From contig CAYSAF010000002.1 in assembly GCA_964428965.1 (NCBI GenBank), positions 20,985 to 84,984 of the forward strand: 64,000 bases of DNA, written 5' to 3'. Positions within the stretch are counted from its first letter, which is position 1. Each line of letters begins with the position of its first letter. The notes beneath the pieces are model-generated. The model was not told the origin of the DNA. It saw only the letters and a program-made list of their open reading frames with translations, and searched no databases. Origin of the DNA: Candidatus Woesearchaeota archaeon (GTDB lineage: Archaea; Nanobdellota; Nanobdellia; SCGC-AAA011-G17; VGLX01). Shown in pieces: positions 39,033-47,040 of this stretch. The position numbers and the translations under genes were made by a program.

Positions 39033-42000
39033 CTACAAATAAACAACTATCTCACCCATCGTATTGTTAAAATTATCAACGCAGTTTATGTAATAATGAT
39101 CAGCGTAGGCAGGGGCGGTAAGCTCTGCAGTACCAGAATTACCCATCTTAGTTCCGTTACCGTAAGTGAACGAAGAGCTTGAATGCTCGCAGATTGAGGG
39201 CTCATCGAGAGTTAGGTGCAAGGTTGAGCCGTCAGAGTAGATGTAAACTATATTAGGAGGGGTGGTGTCAGCATCGATTCTGAAGTTTATCGTTGTTGAA
39301 GCCTCGTTACTAGCAGAATCTCTACACTTAACATAGTAAGTGTAATCTCCCATCGCAAGATTGAGCAATGGCTGCTTGTGGCTAGCTGAATTAGTGTTAA
39401 AGAACTCAATCATTTGCTCAAACCCAACCTGGGAGGTGCTGAAACTGCAAACAGCAACGCCGTCCTGAGAGCCGCCAGCGGTAGTAACCTCAAGAGTAGG
39501 GCTGTTGGTAGTGTACAAAGTACCTGAAGGGGCAGCATAAACAATGCCCAACTCATTACTAACTATCAAGCTGTAAGGGGTGCTCTCCTGATTCTTGTTA
39601 TCCTTCAAGTCCATGCACCTGAAATAATAAGTATTAGTACCTTTTGAAACGTTCAACATGGCATAACAATCGTAATGGGTTATGAAAGTTGTGTTGTGGT
39701 ATTCCAAGTCGCAAGAAGCAGTCTCTTTCATGCTGTCGTAACCCTCATCCCGGGCTGACCACTTACAAGTTGCAGGCTCGTTCAGCAAAATATTAACTGT
39801 AGCCAGGGTCATATTCGATGCTATGTAAGAACCGTCCTCGGGATTGAAGCCATCAATCACTGGAGGGGTGATGTCAGGAAGATTCTCAGTTGAAAGCTTA
39901 ATGGTGTACTCACGAGTGTTAGCGTTACCAGAAGCGTCCTTACACCTGACATAAAACTCGTAATCTACACCACCAATTAAATTCAAGGTGATGTTGTGTT
40001 CAGTATCAAAGTAACCCTCACCAAGGTAGTTAGACATCTCATCAAATGTTTTAGTGTGCTCCTCAGATATCTTGCACTGAGCAAGCTCATCAGTCTTGAT
40101 ACCGAAGCTGATCAAGGTGAATGGCTTTATTTTCTGAGATATGGAAAAGCCGTACTCCAAACTGCTTAGAGAATAACCAGGGGTAAGAGCCTCAGGCCAA
40201 GGGGTGATAACAGGAGAGTTGACGTCGTGAGTGGTCTTGCTGAAACAAGAAACTCTTGAAGAACCCTCATTCTCTGGAATGAACTCGCAAAGCTTGCCGA
40301 GAGACTTGCACTTGTACTCTGTGCAGTCATCAAAGCTTAAAACATTTAACTTCTCATCACTCCTGCACTTGTCACAATCCTTGCCACCCTCTGGTGCTTG
40401 CCAAGGCCTGCATTGAGTATTCACATAATAAGTTTTTGTTTCTGCGGAAAAGATGAAGTATAAAACTACAGCTATAACTACAACAGCAACGGCAGCTATG
40501 GCAAATACACCTGCTGTTGTTAAACCTAAACTTGTAGTTGGAATTGCAGTCCCAGTAGTAGATGTTACTGTACCCACCCCTGTAAGAGCACTAAGTGCAG
40601 AACCAACTCCTGTGCCTGCAACAGCTCCTGCAACTCCGGCAACAGTAGCACCAAGTAAACCTGCGTTAATAGCCATAATAGCAACTATTCCAACAACCCC
40701 TGCATACATAGCATAATTCTGTATCGGACTTTTATACTCACTATCAATAGCTTGCATCATCTTTTCAAAATTTTCTTTCAGCATTTGCATACCACCGAAG
40801 ACACCGTACTTAGCATAGTCAGTCCAAGCACCTTTGCTTATCTTCCTGGGAGCTTTCTTGCTGCTTCCAGTAACAGAAAAACCTGCTTCGCTCTTCACAC
40901 CAAGAATGTTGATGTTAGCACCACAGTCACCCATAGACTTACACAGCTTATTCATATCATCGATGTACTTAGAAGTCTCGCAATGACAGTTTTGAACGCA
41001 CTTCCAACTTGAGAACTTAGAACTTTTAACGTAAACAACCTGACAAGACTGATCAGCACTCTCACAATTGCCCCGGTCTTCCCAAAACTTAAAACCGACT
41101 GGAACCGTTGAAATATTTGACTTAACAGGAGAATCATAAATCTCATTCTTAACGCACTGTGATTCAGAATAATCCTTAAGCTTCCCCTGGATGCAAACTT
41201 CTTCCCTGAAATCACGACAAGGCTCTACAATTTCCTCACCATTAACACACATGTGCTTGAAATGCCTAGTTCCAATCCTATCTATATAATCACCAGTGCC
41301 TGACTCGTAAACACACCAGGACTCGCCATTCTTTCTAAGGCTGCCCATGTCAGCATCGTGAACATTCTTTTCATCCTTGTAAGTGGAGTCGCAGTTAACG
41401 CTCTTGCAAACAAACTCATCGTTGATGTTCTTGCCGCACTTAGTGCCAGCAGCATAATCACAATCCTGGTCTTTATCCTCACGGTTGCCACAGCTGTCAA
41501 ACCAGTAAACATCATCATCATAACAACCCTTAGTGTAATGCCTATCACAATTACAGATGGAGATGTCAGAACAGAACTTGTTGTGGTTGAACTGACCGCT
41601 GTCAGCAGAGCACAAACCCCTTGTTGTAAATAAGCATGCATCACTCCTCTGACAACAACCCTCGTCGCCAGAACGACAGATGTCAGCACATTCCTTTTCA
41701 GAGGCAGCATCCCTGAAATCCTTAGTCAGGTCTGGAAAATCCTTAAGGAGATAATCACATTTCTTCTCGTTAACGTAGGAACAGGCACCAGCTATGATAC
41801 AACAACCGTTCCTGCAGTCAGAGTTCCCACAATCAGCGTCGGGGGTGAACTTACCAGCCATAGCGTTGCATTTAGCAAGAGGTGTATTCTTGTAACAGTT
41901 ACCCTCAACCTGATTCTGACAACAACCAAGCTGACAGTAAGAGGTCTGATCGCAAGAGGTTGCAGCGTTGTCAGACCTGATATTCAAGTCACACTTAGAA

Positions 42001-42155
42001 GCATCTGTGTAAAGACAATACTCGCCTGTGTTAGTTTTTTCACAGCAACGTTTATCAGCAGCAGAGACCGGGTTGATCAAGTAAATAGAGAAGATAGCAC
42101 AAATGAGAACGGAAATCATAAAACTAGCTTTACCTCTCAAAAACCTCTTTTTCAT
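39033..42155 (-). CDS. Giant Cys-rich secreted protein 2, about 1040 aa from the internal ATG at 42155. The ORF extends to 42431, but the extension looks non-coding. Paralogue of 34396..38211.
   Basis: 'MKKRFLRGKASFMISVLICAIFSIYLINPVSAADKRCCEKTNTGEYCLYTD'. It shares the blocks 'CRDFREEVCIQG', 'KSMGDCGANINILG', 'CRPWQAPEGGKDCDKC', 'CTEYKCKSLGKLCE', 'HDVNSPVITPW' and 'YEFYVRCKDASGNAN'. There is a central TM hairpin 'AGVVGIVAIMAINAGLLGATVAGVAGAVAG...AGVFAIAAVAVVVIAVVLYFIF'. Confidence 0.7.
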   Translation of the reverse strand: MKKRFLRGKASFMISVLICAIFSIYLINPVSAADKRCCEKTNTGEYCLYTDASKCDLNIRSDNAATSCDQTSYCQLGCCQNQVEGNCYKNTPLAKCNAMAGKFTPDADCGNSDCRNGCCIIAGACSYVNEKKCDYLLKDFPDLTKDFRDAASEKECADICRSGDEGCCQRSDACLFTTRGLCSADSGQFNHNKFCSDISICNCDRHYTKGCYDDDVYWFDSCGNREDKDQDCDYAAGTKCGKNINDEFVCKSVNCDSTYKDEKNVHDADMGSLRKNGESWCVYESGTGDYIDRIGTRHFKHMCVNGEEIVEPCRDFREEVCIQGKLKDYSESQCVKNEIYDSPVKSNISTVPVGFKFWEDRGNCESADQSCQVVYVKSSKFSSWKCVQNCHCETSKYIDDMNKLCKSMGDCGANINILGVKSEAGFSVTGSSKKAPRKISKGAWTDYAKYGVFGGMQMLKENFEKMMQAIDSEYKSPIQNYAMYAGVVGIVAIMAINAGLLGATVAGVAGAVAGTGVGSALSALTGVGTVTSTTGTAIPTTSLGLTTAGVFAIAAVAVVVIAVVLYFIFSAETKTYYVNTQCRPWQAPEGGKDCDKCRSDEKLNVLSFDDCTEYKCKSLGKLCEFIPENEGSSRVSCFSKTTHDVNSPVITPWPEALTPGYSLSSLEYGFSISQKIKPFTLISFGIKTDELAQCKISEEHTKTFDEMSNYLGEGYFDTEHNITLNLIGGVDYEFYVRCKDASGNANTREYTIKLSTENLPDITPPVIDGFNPEDGSYIASNMTLATVNILLNEPATCKWSARDEGYDSMKETASCDLEYHNTTFITHYDCYAMLNVSKGTNTYYFRCMDLKDNKNQESTPYSLIVSNELGIVYAAPSGTLYTTNSPTLEVTTAGGSQDGVAVCSFSTSQVGFEQMIEFFNTNSASHKQPLLNLAMGDYTYYVKCRDSASNEASTTINFRIDADTTPPNIVYIYSDGSTLHLTLDEPSICEHSSSSFTYGNGTKMGNSGTAELTAPAYADHYYINCVDNFNNTMGEIVVYL

Positions 42156-42171
42156 ATCACAAAAAGGGGAA

Positions 42172-42196
42172 GGGAGATATAAAAAACTTTCTACAA
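42172..42196 (-). promoter_or_regulatory. Putative BRE/TATA promoter of giant gene 2. It contains a motif shared with the region upstream of the 38990 gene.
   Basis: The minus strand reads 'TTTGTAGAAAGTTTTTTATATC' about 20-40 nt upstream of the ATG at 42155. A near-identical 'TTTGTAGAAAGTTTTATATAAT' lies at 39008-39032, upstream of the pilin-like gene starting at 38990. Confidence 0.4.
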
Positions 42197-42301
42197 AGAA
42201 AATAAAAGAAAAAATTTCAAACGGTTCACCTTCGATAAAAAAAGTAAAAGCGAAACGTTTAAAAATAATGGGAGCGATTAATAACAGTCTAATAAAAAAA
42301 A

Positions 42302-43426
42302 TTGAAAATGGAATTGGAATCAAACAACGAAGAACCTCCGCCTTCAGAGGCACAAACCATAGTTGAAGAGTACAGCGGAAAGGTGGTGGACAAGAATTCT
42401 TGGCAATACCTTCTGAAAAACAGTTTGGCAACAGCTAGGCAGATAGCGGAAAAAGCAGGGCTGAAAGAAGAGGAAGTAAGAGCCGTGATCAAGAAATATC
42501 CCGCAAAGATAAACCCTTACTATCTCTCATTGATCAAAGAAAAAGATGACCCCATATGGAAGCAATGCGTACCAACAATAGCCGAGCTTGAAGACGAGGT
42601 CGGCCTTGAAGACCCGTTAAGAGAGGAGGGAGAGGTTCCAGGAATAACACACAAGTATTCTGATAGGGTTTTATTCATAATATCAAACCAGTGCGCGATG
42701 TACTGCAGGTTCTGCACAAGAAAAAGGAAGGTTGGGGACCCGAACAAGGAGATAAAGTGGAGCGACCTGCAAAAAGGAATAGACTACATAAAAACACACA
42801 CGGAAATAAGAGACGTGATACTGTCAGGAGGAGACCCCCTGCTGATAGAAACAAAAAAGCTGGAAAAAATAATAAAGCTCGTCAGGGCAGTAAAGCATGT
42901 TGAGATAATAAGGATAGGAACAAGAGTTCCTTGCGTGCTGCCACAGAGGATAGACCAAGAGCTTTGCGAGATGCTAAAAAAGTACCACCCAGTATACCTT
43001 AATACACATTTCAACCATCCCAATGAGATAACAGAAGAATCAAAAAAGGCTTGCGAAATGTTAGCAGATGCGGGAATACAGCTGGGCAATCAAACAGTTC
43101 TGCTTAAAGGGGTTAACGACAATCCTGAAATCCTGAAAGAATTATTCAGAAAACTCCTCACAATAAGAGTGAAGCCTTATTACCTGTACCAAGCTGACAT
43201 GACAAAGGGAACGAACCACTTCAGGACAAAGGTGGAAGAAGGAATAAAAATAATAGGAGAGGTAGTGGGTTATACATCAGGGCTTTGCGTGCCCCACTAT
43301 GTCGTGGACGGAGCAGGAGGAAAAACTCCATTACTACCACAATACTTACAATACATAGACGATGAAATTGTGATACTAAAGAACTATCAAGGAAAGAAGT
43401 ACGTATACAAGCAGCCACAAGACTAA
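42302..43426 (+). CDS. kamA: Lysine 2,3-aminomutase (radical SAM, KamA/AblA family)
   Basis: 'ISNQCAMYCRFCTRKR' carries CxxxCxxC. 'DVILSGGDPL' and 'PYYLYQADMTKGTNHFR' are characteristic KamA blocks. Confidence 0.85.
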   Translation: MKMELESNNEEPPPSEAQTIVEEYSGKVVDKNSWQYLLKNSLATARQIAEKAGLKEEEVRAVIKKYPAKINPYYLSLIKEKDDPIWKQCVPTIAELEDEVGLEDPLREEGEVPGITHKYSDRVLFIISNQCAMYCRFCTRKRKVGDPNKEIKWSDLQKGIDYIKTHTEIRDVILSGGDPLLIETKKLEKIIKLVRAVKHVEIIRIGTRVPCVLPQRIDQELCEMLKKYHPVYLNTHFNHPNEITEESKKACEMLADAGIQLGNQTVLLKGVNDNPEILKELFRKLLTIRVKPYYLYQADMTKGTNHFRTKVEEGIKIIGEVVGYTSGLCVPHYVVDGAGGKTPLLPQYLQYIDDEIVILKNYQGKKYVYKQPQD

Positions 43427-43917
43427 ATCCTTTCTAACTTAAAGATTATATCTTTGCCTTTCCTTTTACTCTCTTTAAAACCAAGCTTCTTGTGCACTGC
43501 TATTGAAGGCTCGTTAAAGTAGAGGATTGGAGCAGTAACTTTCTTCAAATCAAAATTCTTGAATCCGTAATCTAGCAAAAGTTCCAAAGCTTCAGTGGCA
43601 TAACCTTTATTTCTGTATTCAGACTCACCAATCATGATAGCACACTCAGCAGTCTTGCCGGGCTTAATATCACGGAGATCAGCATCGCCAATAGGCTTAG
43701 AAGTCTTCTTATCAAAAATTAAGTAGTGAGCCATGTCATCAGCTTCCTCAATCTCGTCACGGATTTTGGCAACATCATCAAGAGTTAAGCCTCTATCTGT
43801 TTCAGTCATCCTGAGAAGGTATTCATCCTGCAACCATCCATGATATTTACTAACATATTCAGGAGTGAAACACCCCATTTTTACAAGTTTGCCCTCGAGA
43901 TTAGGAAGGTTTTTCAT
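43423..43917 (-). CDS. GNAT family N-acetyltransferase
   Basis: 'YRNKGYATEALELLLDYGFKNFDLKKVTAPILYFNEPSIAVHKKLGFK' is acetyl-CoA-binding motif A/B-like. Confidence 0.65.
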   Translation of the reverse strand: MKNLPNLEGKLVKMGCFTPEYVSKYHGWLQDEYLLRMTETDRGLTLDDVAKIRDEIEEADDMAHYLIFDKKTSKPIGDADLRDIKPGKTAECAIMIGESEYRNKGYATEALELLLDYGFKNFDLKKVTAPILYFNEPSIAVHKKLGFKESKRKGKDIIFKLERI

Positions 43918-44127
43918 ACATACTATTAGGGTAAAACAAGTATATAAATCTTTCCATTTGTAACTATTAATTAGTAGTTACATAAAATAGTTTTTACTGA
44001 CAGAAGAACAAAAAACAGGATTAGTCGTATTCAAGGCTATACCCACAAAAAAGGGCAGCCTTAACAACTGAATTAACACTTTATCTTACTGCATTACCAA
44101 ATTAACCAACAGGATATTTATGCTTCT

Positions 44128-45627
44128 GTGCCATTCCTTTATTGGAAGATGGTAAGAGCAATACAATTTATCGAAGGTTCAAAGACCGACAAAGTATTTA
44201 AGTTTTTCTTAAATGCGAAATCAGCTACGAGTAAAGAGGTATGCAGTTCATTAGGAATTAAGAAAGAGCATATCAATGGCTATTTGCGTGAACTTTTAAG
44301 GAAGGGTCTTATTAAGAGGGGTGCTAAGCGTGTCCAATCTAAAACACGCAAGTGCTCGTCATTAGTGATATATGGCTTGTCCGAGTTGGACATTGAGCAG
44401 AAAAGACACCAATTGAATGGGGAGATAAACCAAGCTGAGTTCTTGACAGGCATAAAGAAGCATATCCGTGACTATTTCCAAACCATACAGAAAGGATATA
44501 CCCTTGCAGAGATAATGTTCTACCTGAGGACAATCAAAGGGTTGGAGAACTATGAGAATTGGGACTATGTAGGCACAACAATAAGAGAGATGGTCCAAGA
44601 GGGCATCATAAGAAGGTCACCTTACCGCATCCCTGCAAACCAAATGATATATGGGCATAAGCCAGGCTTCGTGTATGGCATTAGTGACGAAGCAATAAAT
44701 GATAAGATAATTTCAATGATGCCTAAAGAGGTAAAGAAAGCATATTTTGAGATAATACAAAGCAACGAGATATTCCCCGTTGATGTCCTGCAAAGACGCT
44801 TTGGTGTAGACGAACAAACTGCAAAATCGTGGTTTGCTTACCGACTTATCCCCATCGGGAAAGTTAAATGTTTTTCTTACAAACAGAGAAGATACTATTA
44901 CAACCCTTCCCTGCCTATTGAACACGTTCAAGAGAGAGTTCCGAGGATACACGAGGAAGAGGTTAAGAACGCTATTTTGGAAAACTCTACATTAGGAAAT
45001 GCCTTTGAAAAGCAGGCAATTTTTTACTTTGTATGGTATCTCATCCTGAAACGTAATAGGACGATACGTTTGAATAAAAATTTCCCAAAAAAGATACCCT
45101 CTTTCTTTTCAAGAGAAGACCTGAACAATCCCGAATTCGTTTTATTGGACGAAAATGGCAAAAACACAGATAACAAACCACTCGTCGATGTTTGGAGTTT
45201 CGACAACGAACCTTTTGACTACATCGTCAACACCTACGACGACGTTTTGGAAAGCCCATCAGAAAGTTATATAATAAGCATCAAAAGAGATAACAACGGC
45301 AAATACTTAGGTGTTGCAGGCAAACGATATATAGCATCAATGTATGGCTGCCTGTCAGCAGGGATTAGCCTTGACGGCAGAAGGCTGCCAAAAAGACAAA
45401 TGGTGCCTGTATTAATTGCTAGCAGCATAAACAGCAGCAGGCTATTTGAGTTTGCCCGACAACTAGGATGCGAAGTTTTCTACAGGTCTCGCTTCCAAAA
45501 GATAGTTGATTTCTGCAACAAGCATGGTGCTGTATACTCTGACGATAGAGTTCTCCAACAGATGCAGGAAGAATTCAATCTGCTTGAAAAATACAAAAAC
45601 CACGAAGCAGTTATCTTAGGCAGGTGA
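44128..45627 (+). CDS. Multi-winged-helix DNA-binding protein of 499 aa with an uncharacterised C-terminal domain. It may be a regulator or replication protein of a mobile island.
   Basis: HTH-like segments are 'KEVCSSLGIKKEHINGYLRELLRKGLIKRG', 'GYTLAEIMFYLRTIKGL...MVQEGIIRR' and 'VDVLQRRFGVDEQTAKSWFAYRLI'. Confidence 0.4.
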   Translation: MPFLYWKMVRAIQFIEGSKTDKVFKFFLNAKSATSKEVCSSLGIKKEHINGYLRELLRKGLIKRGAKRVQSKTRKCSSLVIYGLSELDIEQKRHQLNGEINQAEFLTGIKKHIRDYFQTIQKGYTLAEIMFYLRTIKGLENYENWDYVGTTIREMVQEGIIRRSPYRIPANQMIYGHKPGFVYGISDEAINDKIISMMPKEVKKAYFEIIQSNEIFPVDVLQRRFGVDEQTAKSWFAYRLIPIGKVKCFSYKQRRYYYNPSLPIEHVQERVPRIHEEEVKNAILENSTLGNAFEKQAIFYFVWYLILKRNRTIRLNKNFPKKIPSFFSREDLNNPEFVLLDENGKNTDNKPLVDVWSFDNEPFDYIVNTYDDVLESPSESYIISIKRDNNGKYLGVAGKRYIASMYGCLSAGISLDGRRLPKRQMVPVLIASSINSSRLFEFARQLGCEVFYRSRFQKIVDFCNKHGAVYSDDRVLQQMQEEFNLLEKYKNHEAVILGR

Positions 45628-45651
45628 CCCCTGAACAACTCGTAAGATTAG

Positions 45652-46026
45652 GTGAGAAATATGGCACTAAAACCTAAATCCCAACTACAATACGAGAGAA
45701 ACTTTTGCGACCTTATCTCTTCAAAAGGATTTCACGCAGAGAGGGTTGCTTCGTCAGGAAGGAGGCAGAACAGCGTGTGCGATGCAGTATGTTTTACACT
45801 TGCTGCTGTTTATTTGACAGAAGTAAAAGCGACCCGTGCCAAAAAATATGTGTATAAAGACACAAAAGACCTTATCGTAACAGCAGGTAAAGTGAATGTA
45901 AAGGCATTATTAGCAGTCTATTTCAAAAGCACCCACTCAAGCCAAGGGAAAGGCAAGTGGGTGTATAAGATATTAGATAACAAACAAATGGTGGTGAGAA
46001 AATATGATAGACCTGACAACATTTAA
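45652..46026 (+). CDS. Holliday junction resolvase Hjc-like PD-(D/E)xK nuclease
   Basis: 'YERNFCDLISSKGFHAERVASSGRR...DAVCF...AVYLTEVKATR...LLAVYFKS..KWVYKIL' parallels the Hjc pattern 'ERELV..L...GF.A.RSAGSG...PDIVA....YAIEVKST...LAVRF...W.F'. Confidence 0.6.
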   Translation: MRNMALKPKSQLQYERNFCDLISSKGFHAERVASSGRRQNSVCDAVCFTLAAVYLTEVKATRAKKYVYKDTKDLIVTAGKVNVKALLAVYFKSTHSSQGKGKWVYKILDNKQMVVRKYDRPDNI

Positions 46027-46798
46027 AGCGCAATTAGTAGGAGAAGGAAACCCTGAATACTTCCTTTACAACAATGAGGTAATTTGCATAGAGCCAAAAA
46101 TAGATGGAATACGCATTATGCTCAGCAAGAAGGGGCAGGAAATAAGGTTGCATTCAAGGAATGGGAAGGAATGGACAAACAAATTCCCCTCTATCATTAA
46201 AGCCTTAGGAGACGAAATAAGGGCAAATAATGTGATGTTGGATGGAGAGCTTGCTGTGATGCGTGGAAGAGAGTTTACGTGCTCAAAAGACGTGCTTAAA
46301 GGCACGTTAGAAGAAGGTGAGCGATACATATACTTTGTCTTTGATGTGTTGGAGTTAGAAGACCAACCACTCACAGACGAACCGTTACTAACGAGAAAGC
46401 AAACCCTACAACTGATACTAAACCCCTTGAAGGTAATTGCACCCGTGCCTTACACCTTTGTCAATAATATGGAAGACGTCAACATTTATCTTAGGAAGAT
46501 AATAAAGGGTGGGATGGAAGGCGTGGTTCTGAAAAACTTGGGAAAATACTCCCAGAACTCACGCTACAATTGGCTAAAACTGAAGCCGATTAAAACCTTA
46601 GACTTAGTAGTGGTTGGCAGAGAGACAAGAAAAGATGGCAAGGGTTGGATATACCATTTTGAAGGTGAAGAGGTTAAAACAAAAGCCTGCTCCACCTTGG
46701 AGATACCTAACGGGGCTATAGTAGAAGTGAAATACCAAACAAGGTTTGAAAACACCCTGAGGTTCCCACAAATTTTAAGGGTAAGGGACGACTTATAA
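46004..46798 (+). CDS. Minimal ATP-dependent DNA (or RNA) ligase of 264 aa, containing only a nucleotidyltransferase domain plus a short OB
   Basis: Motif I 'EPKIDGIRI' (KxDG), motif III 'MLDGELAV', motif IV 'YIYFVFDVLEL' and motif V 'MEGVVLKNL'. Confidence 0.7.
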   Translation: MIDLTTFKAQLVGEGNPEYFLYNNEVICIEPKIDGIRIMLSKKGQEIRLHSRNGKEWTNKFPSIIKALGDEIRANNVMLDGELAVMRGREFTCSKDVLKGTLEEGERYIYFVFDVLELEDQPLTDEPLLTRKQTLQLILNPLKVIAPVPYTFVNNMEDVNIYLRKIIKGGMEGVVLKNLGKYSQNSRYNWLKLKPIKTLDLVVVGRETRKDGKGWIYHFEGEEVKTKACSTLEIPNGAIVEVKYQTRFENTLRFPQILRVRDDL

Positions 46799-46799
46799 C

Positions 46800-47040
46800 T
46801 TTATGTAAAACTCGTGTATGGTATTTCCTTGAAAATACGTATCAGTATGTATTTTTGTTACACCCCTCCTATACATACCATTACCAAACCTTTACACCAA
46901 CCTTCACATATACATACCCTTAAACAACGCCCAAAACCCTATATTTATGTATACATACTTGGCGGTGAGTGAACAAGAGGAGTAATTAAACACTTTAAAC
47001 AATTTTTAATTATTTATGAATTGTAGCGTTTCAGGTAAGG
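46800..47040. repeat. AT-rich non-coding region with iteron-like repeats (ATACATAC core) downstream of the ligase
   Basis: 'cctatacataccatt', 'cacatatacataccctt' and 'tatgtatacatacttgg' recur at about 38-40 nt spacing. 'gtatgtattt' also occurs. There is no ORF. Confidence 0.4.

Noticed and set aside
43918-44127. A tRNA or attachment site at the left boundary of the 44-52 kb island
   Set aside because: I inspected the flanking non-coding DNA at both island ends (43918-44127 and 52140-52451). I found no GGTTCGAATCC-type T-arm and no cloverleaf, and I saw no obvious direct repeat pair. The island call therefore rests on composition and gene content only.
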